Positions 28,290 to 37,545 of a stretch of DNA of 64,000 nucleotides are shown one piece after another. Made by a program: the position numbers and the translations under genes. The notes below the pieces were generated by a model. The model saw nothing but the letters and a program-made list of their open reading frames with translations, was not told the DNA's origin and did no database searches. Location of the stretch: assembly GCA_963777605.1 (NCBI GenBank), contig CAVZRV010000008.1, positions 128,001 through 192,000 of the forward strand. The letters run 5' to 3'. Origin of the DNA: an uncultured Acidobacteriota bacterium (GTDB lineage: Bacteria > Acidobacteriota > UBA6911 > RPQK01 > JAPXNP01). Position 1 is the stretch's first letter; the number at the start of each line of letters is the position of its first letter.

Positions 28290-29108
28290 ATGAGATGCAG
28301 TGGTGGTCCAGAAAGCTGTCGCCGGCGCGCCCGCAGGTGGTCGAGAGGGATGTTGTGTGCCCTCCTTCTGCTGATTTGTACGTTTGGGGATCAGACCCGG
28401 CTCATGGCCACGAAAGTCGTCGACGTCCGGGTTTCTTTGCAGGACCGCTTTCTGCGGTTTGTTTTCAACGCAGACGGCCCTGTGATGGTTGATCAACCCG
28501 TCCTCGACAGCCAAAACGTGATCCTCCTTCCTTTTCCCGGAATGACGGTTCGTACCGATGCATCCGGTTTCTGGAAGCCCTTGCCCGGGGTCGAGTCGAT
28601 TCGGTTCTATGACTGGAACCCTGTCACAGTGGCTCGCATCTCACTCCGTTTCCCGGTTACCGAAAGCCGAGTATTTACCCTTGCGAATCCCAATCGCGTC
28701 GTCCTGGATCTCTATGTCGACCCTGAGACTTATGCGGCGCTCGCGGCACAGGATGATCTGTCCTCAATCGACGAGGTGAGTCCGCAGGCACCAGTCGCCA
28801 GCCGCCCAGATGCAACCATGCTCCGCGAAGAACCTGCGGAGGCCTCCAGCATTCCGCTGGACGGGTGGTTGTCCCCGCAGGATTCTTACCAATACCGTTC
28901 GGCGGTCCTCCTGCTGGGCGGTTTGCTTCTCCTGGGGATCATCGCGTCGGTTCTGCTGTCGATTCGGAAGGGGAAGACCTGGCCTGACTGGACCCGTTCC
29001 TCACTTGAACGGGCACCGTCAGAAATCGACCTAATTGAACTCGACTCTATGATTCAACGCGAAATGGACCGATATGAAAGGCTGAGCCGGTTGGAGCAGT
29101 CGAAATGA
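28290..29108 (+). CDS. Membrane-anchored protein with AMIN-like domain
   Basis: Signal-like N-terminus, VFTLANPNRVVLDL (AMIN-type), C-terminal transmembrane helix; GGGGAG RBS. Confidence 0.65.
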   Translation: MRCSGGPESCRRRARRWSRGMLCALLLLICTFGDQTRLMATKVVDVRVSLQDRFLRFVFNADGPVMVDQPVLDSQNVILLPFPGMTVRTDASGFWKPLPGVESIRFYDWNPVTVARISLRFPVTESRVFTLANPNRVVLDLYVDPETYAALAAQDDLSSIDEVSPQAPVASRPDATMLREEPAEASSIPLDGWLSPQDSYQYRSAVLLLGGLLLLGIIASVLLSIRKGKTWPDWTRSSLERAPSEIDLIELDSMIQREMDRYERLSRLEQSK

Positions 29109-29414
29109 ATGGATGAATTCAGTAACAGAGTCAGCTTCGGGCTTTCAGAAGAGGAGAAGAATGACCTGGAGGAACTGATTCGGGCTTCCCAGCAGTCCTC
29201 CGAAGCAGAATTGGGTCGCTCGTCACCTGAAGAACTGTGTTCGCGGATCCACGAGTTGGGCGACCAGACCAGGGTACTCGCGAACGTGGTACTGGAACTC
29301 GATGAGCGCATCAACCTGCTCTATCGGATCATCCGCCTCTGCTACCAGAAGACCGAGTTGCTCGGGGAACGGTCACGCTGGTCCCAGGCCGGACATCCTG
29401 ACCGGAGATATTGA
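29109..29414 (+). CDS. Small coiled-coil hypothetical protein
   Basis: ATG directly after the upstream stop; heptad-like LGDQTRVLANVVLELDERINLL. Confidence 0.6.
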   Translation: MDEFSNRVSFGLSEEEKNDLEELIRASQQSSEAELGRSSPEELCSRIHELGDQTRVLANVVLELDERINLLYRIIRLCYQKTELLGERSRWSQAGHPDRRY

Positions 29415-29418
29415 AACG

Positions 29419-29982
29419 ATGGATACAACACCAGACAGACAGGCTCCCAGCTCCGACGAAAGTGGCCCCTTCGAGGCGACTGGCGCAAAGAGCCGGACTG
29501 AAGTCCGACTTCCCGCGCCGCCGGCAGAATCCTTCAAGGACCGGCGCAAGGTGACCCGTTACGAGGTGTCGGCCAAAGTGACCATTACGATCTTCGCGCA
29601 GCTGAAGCTCGGGTCCGATCCCAGGTCCGAAGCCGAACGCGTGAAGCTTGTCCGTGAAGGATTCAGTGTCGATGTCTCGTCCCACGGTCTCTGCATGGTA
29701 ATTGACGGCAAACCAACCGGGATCGCGCTCCAACAGCTGATCGGGCAGACGGCAAAAGTCAAACTCGATCTGAACCGGCCGGGCAAGCCTGAGCTTAACA
29801 TCCTCGGGCGGATCGCCTGGGCGAAGGAGGACACGTCCAACACCAAGGTAGGCATCCAGTTTACGGACGTCCCTCCGGAAGAGAATGAGATTCTCCTGGC
29901 TCATTGCACGCAGGATGAAGGTGAATTCGATCAACTGAGCACTCTATGGGAACTCCTGGTGGCCCAACCCAAGAATTCGTGA
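29419..29982 (+). CDS. PilZ-domain c-di-GMP receptor
   Basis: RRKVTR (RxxxR), DVSSHG (DxSxxG), GRIAW...VGIQF. Confidence 0.85.
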   Translation: MDTTPDRQAPSSDESGPFEATGAKSRTEVRLPAPPAESFKDRRKVTRYEVSAKVTITIFAQLKLGSDPRSEAERVKLVREGFSVDVSSHGLCMVIDGKPTGIALQQLIGQTAKVKLDLNRPGKPELNILGRIAWAKEDTSNTKVGIQFTDVPPEENEILLAHCTQDEGEFDQLSTLWELLVAQPKNS

Positions 29983-30010
29983 CCAGTCAGGGAATCGTGA
30001 AAGGAACGTT

Positions 30011-30976
30011 ATGAAGGCATCTCCCATTTCAATCGCGGTAGGCGGAGGCAAAGGAGGGGTAGGGAAGAGCGTGTTCAGCATTCTCCTCGGGCAGTGGCTC
30101 GCACGCCTCGGCAAGTCCACAGTGATCGTGGACCTCGACCTCGGGGGGGCCAATGTCCACACTCTGCTCGGCATAAAGAACCCTCCAGCGACGATCCAGG
30201 ACCTCATCAGTCGCCGGGTCGATTCCCTCGACCAGGTAGCGGTCCAAACCGAAGTTGAGAACCTGAGGATCGTGTGCGGAGCCAGTGAGATTCTCTCGGC
30301 AGCCAACCCGGTGTTCGCCCAGAAGCTCAAAATTATGAGGAAGCTCAGCGCCCTGGAGGCCGACTTCCTGGTACTCGACTTGGGAGCAGGAACCTCGTTC
30401 GACGTCCTCGACTTTTTCCTTGCCGCCGATGAGAAGGTTGTCGTGACCACTTCCGAGCCGATCTCGATCTACAACGCTTACGGGTTTCTGAGGAATTCCC
30501 TTTACCGGAGGCTCTTCCAGGTATTCCGGGAATATCCTCAGCTCACGGAGCTCGTGCGGTCTGCCATGGATCCCAGAAACGGACTCGGGATTCGAAATGT
30601 CCGAACTCTCATTGAACACCTGTTCGAGGAGGCGGACCCGGAACTGCTCGGCGTCGTGATGGACGACCTGAAGCGGTTCAGACCCGGAGTGGTTGTCAAC
30701 CAGGTCAAAGGGCCACGTGACCGTAATACGTCCCGGATTCTTCAGCAGGTCGCCGAGCGGTATCTGACACTGGAACTTCACGAACTGGGATTTGTGGACC
30801 ACGATCCTAAACTGCAGTCGATGGTCTCGGGGATGATCCCCCTGACCTCTGGAAGCGGATATCGCGGTGCCTATGACTGCGTCCGTGAAATTGCCTCGGA
30901 GATGCTGATCGACCGATTCAACATGCCGCCCCAGAACCGGCCGAACCCGGTCGCAAGCGGCCTCGGCCGTCACTGA
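30011..30976 (+). CDS. MinD/FleN(FlhG)-like ATPase
   Basis: Deviant Walker A GGKGGVGKS, DLDLGGAN, DLGAG, EPISIYNAY, VVNQV. Confidence 0.88.
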   Translation: MKASPISIAVGGGKGGVGKSVFSILLGQWLARLGKSTVIVDLDLGGANVHTLLGIKNPPATIQDLISRRVDSLDQVAVQTEVENLRIVCGASEILSAANPVFAQKLKIMRKLSALEADFLVLDLGAGTSFDVLDFFLAADEKVVVTTSEPISIYNAYGFLRNSLYRRLFQVFREYPQLTELVRSAMDPRNGLGIRNVRTLIEHLFEEADPELLGVVMDDLKRFRPGVVVNQVKGPRDRNTSRILQQVAERYLTLELHELGFVDHDPKLQSMVSGMIPLTSGSGYRGAYDCVREIASEMLIDRFNMPPQNRPNPVASGLGRH

Positions 30977-30989
30977 TCGGCCAGAGGGC

Positions 30990-32540
30990 TCAAGCCAGTT
31001 CCAGCCAGTCGATTCCGACCTTTTCGAGTGCGTAACCCGTTTCCTTCAGGTAATTCCCGTAGCAAACCATCCAATGGAAGCCACGGGTTTCCTGGTTGAG
31101 CCGATCGGTGTCGCAGCCGAACTGAACGTCGATCTGGGACCTGCAAATGTCCAGGAACGGATTGTCTGCGATGCGGCCGGCGAAGCCCATCCACCGCTCG
31201 AAATTGAAATCCGGGTCGAGGACCGTCACTTCCTGCCCGATCGACATTTCGACCTTGGGCGCAGCTCCCCAGTCCGATTCAAAGTGCGTCAGAACTCGGA
31301 CCGGCTCCAGAGAGGCCCCATTCATCCGGCGGGGAGCAGTGCAGTGGGCCAGAGTAACCAAACCGTCGTGCGGATAGGTCGGATCGTTGAGAAATACTGG
31401 TTTTCCTGAGATGTGATGGAGCAGTATTCCGGAGGGTATGACCACAAAGTCGGACTCACAAAATGCGAGGCAACCATCGTCGTTGAGAAGCGAAAGGGGA
31501 AGGCAGGCTGTAGTACCCGACACCTCCATGATCGTCCCCATACACTGGTTGATGGTGATCGCATCCGTCTCTGCTTCCCGCATGAGGTCTTTGAAGACCT
31601 CGGTCAGGAGAAATGCCTTGGAGACGAAATCCTCCCTGGTTTCGAGCGTGACACCTCCGGCTTCAAGATAGGCACGCGCTGCCTGACTGCAACGGCTGAC
31701 CAGATCCCGGTTCTGGCGGGCCCGTTTCAAACGGCGGCCAAGTTCATCGTAGGAAACCTCGACCAAGTCCATCTTGAACCGCCGGCGAGTCAGTTCGGGC
31801 GCTTTCCGCCCGCCTTCTCCCCAACCGGCGGCACCTCCGACGCAGACGACTTTCTTGTTGAGAGCGTTCTTCAGCCCGGTCAATGCCCGCAACCTCCAGG
31901 CGACGTCCTGGAGATCGTCCACCACAACATCACGCGTGCTCACGCCGGGCTGCCCGAACTCGTCCACGGTCTTCCGCAGGAAACGGTTGGAGACGATCTC
32001 GTACCAGAGATAGACCGGACCGCTCTTTTGGCGAAGGAAGACCAGCGTCCACGGGGCTGACCCGGCCAGGGTCTCCAGGGAATCGACCCAGCCCCCCGCC
32101 GCATAAATCAAGGTGACATCGTGCTGTTGCCTGGAAACCGAGCGGGCCTCATCGAGACTGCCTGCCATCGCCAAGGGTAGGACCTCGATCGGAAGTGAGG
32201 ATTCCGAAGCGAGTTGTTTGAGCTCCAGCCCGATTCTGCGGGCCTCCTGCTCAACGTCGGCGCGGGTGTGGAGCCCTCCCCAGGGCCTCCAGCTGGTCCC
32301 CTCCCGCCGTTCCGACAACTGGTAGACAAGAACGGGAAGGACCTTCAGGGACTGGGCCGGGATCATGGCTGCTCCAGGGGCCTGGATTGCCTTTGCCTTC
32401 CCAAGGCCCCCACTGGTCAATGCAACGCCGACGGCTCCTGCACCAACCATGAAATCCCGGCGATTCAGCGGGGACTGAGTTGAGTGATGGTTGCCGGCCC
32501 GGCAACAACAGCTATGCGGTCGAAGCAATCTGGACTGCAT
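30990..32540 (-). CDS. Tat-exported L-fucose/arabinose isomerase-like protein
   Basis: NRRDFM Tat motif; AITINQC, TACLPLS, FCESD, LAHCTAP, CRSQI, HWMVCYG. Confidence 0.7.
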   Translation of the reverse strand: MQSRLLRPHSCCCRAGNHHSTQSPLNRRDFMVGAGAVGVALTSGGLGKAKAIQAPGAAMIPAQSLKVLPVLVYQLSERREGTSWRPWGGLHTRADVEQEARRIGLELKQLASESSLPIEVLPLAMAGSLDEARSVSRQQHDVTLIYAAGGWVDSLETLAGSAPWTLVFLRQKSGPVYLWYEIVSNRFLRKTVDEFGQPGVSTRDVVVDDLQDVAWRLRALTGLKNALNKKVVCVGGAAGWGEGGRKAPELTRRRFKMDLVEVSYDELGRRLKRARQNRDLVSRCSQAARAYLEAGGVTLETREDFVSKAFLLTEVFKDLMREAETDAITINQCMGTIMEVSGTTACLPLSLLNDDGCLAFCESDFVVIPSGILLHHISGKPVFLNDPTYPHDGLVTLAHCTAPRRMNGASLEPVRVLTHFESDWGAAPKVEMSIGQEVTVLDPDFNFERWMGFAGRIADNPFLDICRSQIDVQFGCDTDRLNQETRGFHWMVCYGNYLKETGYALEKVGIDWLELA

Positions 32541-32617
32541 CGTCTTCGTCCTCCTTCGAAAACTGAAACGATGCAGTCCATCTTACCGAACAGGGGTAGA
32601 AAAGGAACGGCGAAAGT

Positions 32618-33613
32618 TTATTTTTCCTTAAAGCCGGCTGGAATGGCCGCGGCGTCGGCGGGCACGGAGGTCGAAACCGACAACAGCTCGTTGTTCACCG
32701 TCATCACGTTCTTTCGCCCGGACGCGTCACCCTCTCCGTTATCATCCGACTTTTTCTTGCCCAACTTCTTGGCGAGGCCGCCGAACATCCCGCCGAAGCC
32801 GCTGGGAGCTTCCTCCTCCTGCTTCTCCATTTTCTCGGCCTCCTCCTTGGAAGGAACCGTCTCCACGGTCATTGTCGTGAGAACCGGGGTCCCGTCCATG
32901 TTGACCTCTTCGTCGCGGAACTTGCCCATCAGGCTCTGCATCCCCGGGTAAAGCGCGGCCATCGCCGCAATCTGCTGGTTCGCAGTCGCGGCTTCCGTTC
33001 CGAACAGCTTCTCGGCGTATTTCCGGTTGAATTCGTTGATCTCGTCGGCGCCACTGATCTTGTCGGTCAACCAGATATTGGAGGTCATGACCATTCCGCC
33101 GCCCTCCTCGAGGGTCTTGCCCTTCTGGTGCGACGTTATCGTCATCACCACCTCTCGAGTGTTGAATCCGTTGATGGTCTTCTTGTTTGCGGTCTCTTCC
33201 AGTTTCACATCGACTTCGTATTCGGGCCCTTTGCCTTCTTCCTCTGGTTCCGCCTGTGACTCCTGCGACATCCCCTCCATCTGCTCGCTGGCTTCCTCCA
33301 TCTGCTTGCGCAACTCGTCGAAGGTCACAACCTGGTAACGCTTCTTCTTCCAGTCCACCTGGTAGATCTTCCCTTCATCCAGATCGATGATTTCCCCGGT
33401 ATTCTCGGTCCGGCTCAGCTTGCGGTTACCAACCACGATCTCGGTAGTGACCACTCCCTCTTTGGCGGCCTTTCCACCGAACATGCCGAACATCTTCCCC
33501 ATGAGCCCGGAAAACTTGATCTGATTCTTATTCTTCACCTCAACGTTGGCCTGAACCGACAGCGTCTGGACAAGGGCCAGCAACAAGCCACACAGAAACA
33601 GTCTCGTCTTCAT
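32618..33613 (-). CDS. Secreted hypothetical protein (DUF4412-like)
   Basis: Signal peptide; IIDLDEGKIYQVD, KTINGFNT and terminal IPAGFKEK. Confidence 0.7.
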   Translation of the reverse strand: MKTRLFLCGLLLALVQTLSVQANVEVKNKNQIKFSGLMGKMFGMFGGKAAKEGVVTTEIVVGNRKLSRTENTGEIIDLDEGKIYQVDWKKKRYQVVTFDELRKQMEEASEQMEGMSQESQAEPEEEGKGPEYEVDVKLEETANKKTINGFNTREVVMTITSHQKGKTLEEGGGMVMTSNIWLTDKISGADEINEFNRKYAEKLFGTEAATANQQIAAMAALYPGMQSLMGKFRDEEVNMDGTPVLTTMTVETVPSKEEAEKMEKQEEEAPSGFGGMFGGLAKKLGKKKSDDNGEGDASGRKNVMTVNNELLSVSTSVPADAAAIPAGFKEK

Positions 33614-33907
33614 AATTCCACTCCCAATTTCGCCCCTGCGAGCGTTCAGTTTAGGACTTAAACCAGGTGTTGATCCCTGACGCCCGATTCGCAGGGGACA
33701 ACACCGGAACCTATATTCTCCATCAATCGGGCTCTCGTCTCAAAGTGGACCAGAAATTGTGGGGGCGCCAGAATGCAGCCGAAATGGTCTCCGGAAGCCC
33801 TGGCCACGTTCGAGCAGTTCCTCAAGACCAACACGGGAATGAATTACTCCAGCGCCAGAGGCATCGTCGATCAATTGAAAACCCAGTTGAAATAACCTGC
33901 GGGGCTA

Positions 33908-34996
33908 CTAATCCGCGAACGACTCTTCGAGAGTGCGAAAGCGGTGTCGGGTGGCCAGGCATTGCACCTCGCACCATGGCCCCATGGCTCCCGTCGTGGT
34001 GAGTGCGAAGAGATTGAGTGCCCCGGCGCAGACACCGGCCCGCAGCACGTCATCGAGGCTCACGCCCTGGCGAAGGGCATACAACACCCCGGCACAAAAT
34101 GCATCTCCGGCCCCCGCCGTGCCCACCACCAGATGCCGGTCGAGGTCCAGGGAGGGCTGCATCAGAGCCCGTCCCCGGGCCGTGAAGGCATAAGCTCCCT
34201 CGGGGAAGTGAACGACCAGCAATCGACGCAACCCTGCATCGAAAACCTGCGCAGCCATCGCTTCGAGCGAGCGAAGAGACGGCTTTCCCTGCCGTCTCAG
34301 ACTAATGCCGGTAAGTTTTTCTGCCTCGAAGTCGTTGCAGAAGAGAATGTCGGAATAGCGGAGAGCAGGGTAGACGATGTCAGCGAAGTCAGGGCGATCG
34401 AGCGATACGAGATCAATCGAAGTGTGCATCCCGCGATCCAGGAGTTCGTGGAGGAAACGGGCGCTGATGCGGCCAAACCCCGCATCCGGCTGGTCCAGGC
34501 GGTCAAACAACGTCAGGTAACCGAGGTGAAACAGCCAGACATCGAGTTGCGCGAAGTCCAGAACATCCATATCGAACAGCCGGTTTGCCCCGTTGAAACT
34601 GAAAAAGGTCCGGCTCTTCCCTCCCCGGACCGTGTACGCGTCAGTGTAGGCCGTTCGCTCCTCCGCCGACCTGTGGAGAAACCGGGTGCCAATGTTCGGA
34701 TACTCGTCGCATTCCCGGACGACGTAATCTCCATTCTCGTCATCACCGATCACTCCAGCGGCAACGAGCGGCAATGCAGAATCAAACTTTGCCAGATCAA
34801 TGATCACGTTATAAGCACATCCACCACTTCCGATCGTTTCATCTTCGATTATTGCAAGCGAGTTCTCCTCGGGGAAGTGGTCAATTACCTTGGTTCGGTC
34901 CACCACCCAGTGTCCTCCACAAGCGATTCCGCGTCCCGCAGGGTCCTTCAGTTCCAGTTCCAGCAATCCCGATCGAACCATCTCTGTATCTGCCAC
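33908..34996 (-). CDS. PfkB family carbohydrate kinase
   Basis: GSGGCAYNV, GVIGDDENG, CNDFEA, GTAGAGDAFCAG. Confidence 0.9.
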   Translation of the reverse strand: MADTEMVRSGLLELELKDPAGRGIACGGHWVVDRTKVIDHFPEENSLAIIEDETIGSGGCAYNVIIDLAKFDSALPLVAAGVIGDDENGDYVVRECDEYPNIGTRFLHRSAEERTAYTDAYTVRGGKSRTFFSFNGANRLFDMDVLDFAQLDVWLFHLGYLTLFDRLDQPDAGFGRISARFLHELLDRGMHTSIDLVSLDRPDFADIVYPALRYSDILFCNDFEAEKLTGISLRRQGKPSLRSLEAMAAQVFDAGLRRLLVVHFPEGAYAFTARGRALMQPSLDLDRHLVVGTAGAGDAFCAGVLYALRQGVSLDDVLRAGVCAGALNLFALTTTGAMGPWCEVQCLATRHRFRTLEESFAD

Positions 34997-35216
34997 CGAC
35001 AGAAAATATCCCTCTTAACGCGATCGAGCAAGTGCCACTTTCGAGTCTTCCATTCCGTAAAAGGACATTGTTTTGTGGTAGGGTGCTTGAACGAGAGGGA
35101 ACTATCGACTGGATCTCCTGGTTCCCCTGCAATTGCGGTCTCTGAGGCTCAATGAACCGCTGAATGAACAGAACAGCGCCGGGCACTTCGAGCCTCGCTG
35201 TCCGGGCTAGTGCATC

Positions 35217-36479
35217 ATGACTGTCGAGAAGCTTACCCGTAGAAACGTGGCGGTGCGTCTCTTGAGAACGGGTGCGGGATTTATCGTCGCGTTCACCTCT
35301 TTTCCGGACCGCGCCTCCGCGGTTGCACTAAACATCGAGAACCACTACAGCCCTCGGGATAGGGTTCGCCCGCTCCGGCCCGAGACCCGCTATATCGTTC
35401 TTCACACAACGGAAGGTGGAGACGCAGGGTCTCTTCGCAAGGTCTGGAAAAGGGGCGAGACCCACTACCTGGTGGCACGCAATGGCAGGGTCTATCGGAT
35501 TGTCCATCGGTCGCGGATTGCGACCCACGCCGGCCGCAGCATGTGGGAAGGGCGTGGCCCCATCGACAACTACTCAATCGGTATCGAAGTAGTCGGCTAT
35601 CACGACAAGGACATTACAGCCGATCAGTACGGCTCGCTCCGCGAGCTGCTGCGACAACTCAAGCATCTCTACAAGGTCTCCGACAAAGCCGTTTTAACCC
35701 ACTCGATGGTCGCTTACGGGCGCCCCAATCGCTTTCACCCGTACAACCATCGGGGACGAAAGCGGTGCGGGATGATTTTTGCCCGGCCGGACGTTCGGAA
35801 ACGGCTCGGACTCGAGGGGCGTCCAAAGATCGACCTTGACGTGAAATCAGGGCGCCTCAAGGTTGCCGACGCCGAACTGCAGCGGTACCTGTACCAACCC
35901 GGCGCGACGCCGACAGTTACAACGGTCGTCGCCGCCGGCGACACCAATGTCATCGACCGTGGTCGAACAGCCTGGGATATCGCCCGGGATCAATACAACA
36001 GTCCGGATACGGTCTACGTACTGCCGGGAGGCGAGCGCCTATCCGGCGACGAAGTTACCGACTGGGGGCGAATTCCGCCAGGCACCCAGGTCCTCGTCGG
36101 CGAAGAGGACTCCAATGGGTTCGAGGGCTTCATCAAAGCCTCCGCAGGTGACAGTGCCAGGTCTATCGCTGGTGAAGCGTTCGCCGACAAGACGACGATT
36201 TACCTCTTCCCGAGCGGCATGGTGAGAACCGGCTCAGATCTACGGCAAAGCCCGTCCCGGCGCAAATTGCTCGAAAACCTTCCACTCGGAACCCGGGTGC
36301 TTGTCGGCTATGTCTACGGAGGTCACGTCAAGAGCAATCGCTTGCCTGCCCGTATCGCCGGAAAGAAGTGGAACTATCCCTCGACCTTCTATCGCCTGCC
36401 CGACGGCCGCATCCTCAGCGGTGAAGAAATCAATGCTCAGCAACTCCCAGCCAACACGCTGGTGCTGTTTCAGTCCTAG
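35217..36479 (+). CDS. N-acetylmuramoyl-L-alanine amidase (Amidase_2) with three C-terminal repeats
   Basis: YIVLHTTE, HYLV, ATHAGRSMW, SIGIEVVG, VLTHSMVA; RRNV N-terminus. Confidence 0.85.
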   Translation: MTVEKLTRRNVAVRLLRTGAGFIVAFTSFPDRASAVALNIENHYSPRDRVRPLRPETRYIVLHTTEGGDAGSLRKVWKRGETHYLVARNGRVYRIVHRSRIATHAGRSMWEGRGPIDNYSIGIEVVGYHDKDITADQYGSLRELLRQLKHLYKVSDKAVLTHSMVAYGRPNRFHPYNHRGRKRCGMIFARPDVRKRLGLEGRPKIDLDVKSGRLKVADAELQRYLYQPGATPTVTTVVAAGDTNVIDRGRTAWDIARDQYNSPDTVYVLPGGERLSGDEVTDWGRIPPGTQVLVGEEDSNGFEGFIKASAGDSARSIAGEAFADKTTIYLFPSGMVRTGSDLRQSPSRRKLLENLPLGTRVLVGYVYGGHVKSNRLPARIAGKKWNYPSTFYRLPDGRILSGEEINAQQLPANTLVLFQS

Positions 36480-36562
36480 GGAAGAAGGATTTGAAGAATC
36501 GAGTCTGCGGACAGTAAGCAACTCACTGCGGAAGCCAGTGTTCCGGGTTCAGGCTGATAAAC

Positions 36563-37219
36563 TCAATCGGATTCTTCCAGTTGGCCCTCGCGGATTTTTC
36601 TCTGGAGCCCCAGTCGAACCACTTGCGGGAGCGAGTCCACTCCGAGCTTCTTTCGGATCCGCTCGCCATAGACGTAGACGGTCTTGGTGGCGATTCCCAA
36701 CTCGTGGGCAATTTCCTTCGGCGAGGCGCCGTCCACCAGGCGATCGAACACGGACCGCTCGCGGTCGGTCAGGTTTGCGACCGGGTCTTCTTCGGGACCA
36801 TCCTGAATGAGTTGCACCAGGGACGTACCCAGAAGCGGGCTGAGATAGAATTCACCGGCCAGAATCCGCCGGACGGCAAGAAGGAGTTCATCGAAGGTGG
36901 CATGTTTGGGAACGTAGCCCCGAACGCCGGCCCGAATCGTTTCGGCAACGAACCTCTTTTCGAGGTGAACGGAAAGTATCAGAACCGCGACTTCCGGGTG
37001 ATCGCGTTTGATCTGGCGACTTACACTGATCCCGTCGAGACCTGGAAGATCGAGATCCATCACAATCAGGTCCGGCACTACAGCGTCGCACAATTCGAGT
37101 GCAGCGGTCCCGGAAGTGGCCGTTCCCACCACCTCAAGGTCATCCTGTTGATTCATCATCCGGGCAAGCACGTCTCGAATGATCCCGTGGTCATCGACAA
37201 TCAGCAGGCGTGATTTCAT
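36563..37219 (-). CDS. NarL/LuxR-family response regulator
   Basis: IVDDH, MDLDLPGLDG, GYVPK; LTDRE...IAHELGIATKTV HTH. Confidence 0.92.
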   Translation of the reverse strand: MKSRLLIVDDHGIIRDVLARMMNQQDDLEVVGTATSGTAALELCDAVVPDLIVMDLDLPGLDGISVSRQIKRDHPEVAVLILSVHLEKRFVAETIRAGVRGYVPKHATFDELLLAVRRILAGEFYLSPLLGTSLVQLIQDGPEEDPVANLTDRERSVFDRLVDGASPKEIAHELGIATKTVYVYGERIRKKLGVDSLPQVVRLGLQRKIREGQLEESD

Positions 37220-37545
37220 GGTTTCCTCTTAGCATTCTACAGCTGACTACAGCTGACTCGATCTGCCAGTCATATTCAGCCACCAAGTCAGCATAGCAAA
37301 CTGAGTTACCAACTACGACCGGCCACATTTATTCCTATCAAAGGCGCAGGAATGCTGGCAGAGTCGATGCGGAGTTCCTCCAATGCTGCCTGAAAGGATT
37401 CTCGTCGATATTGATAACGTCAAGACAAAAAAAGGGGTTTGAAACGATATTAGAAAAAATTTAGGGGCTTGGCTGTAAAGGTCGAACTGGAACCAAGCCA
37501 ATTTCCCCAAGGTTACCAACTTCTCGACGCATTCGGAGGATCCCA

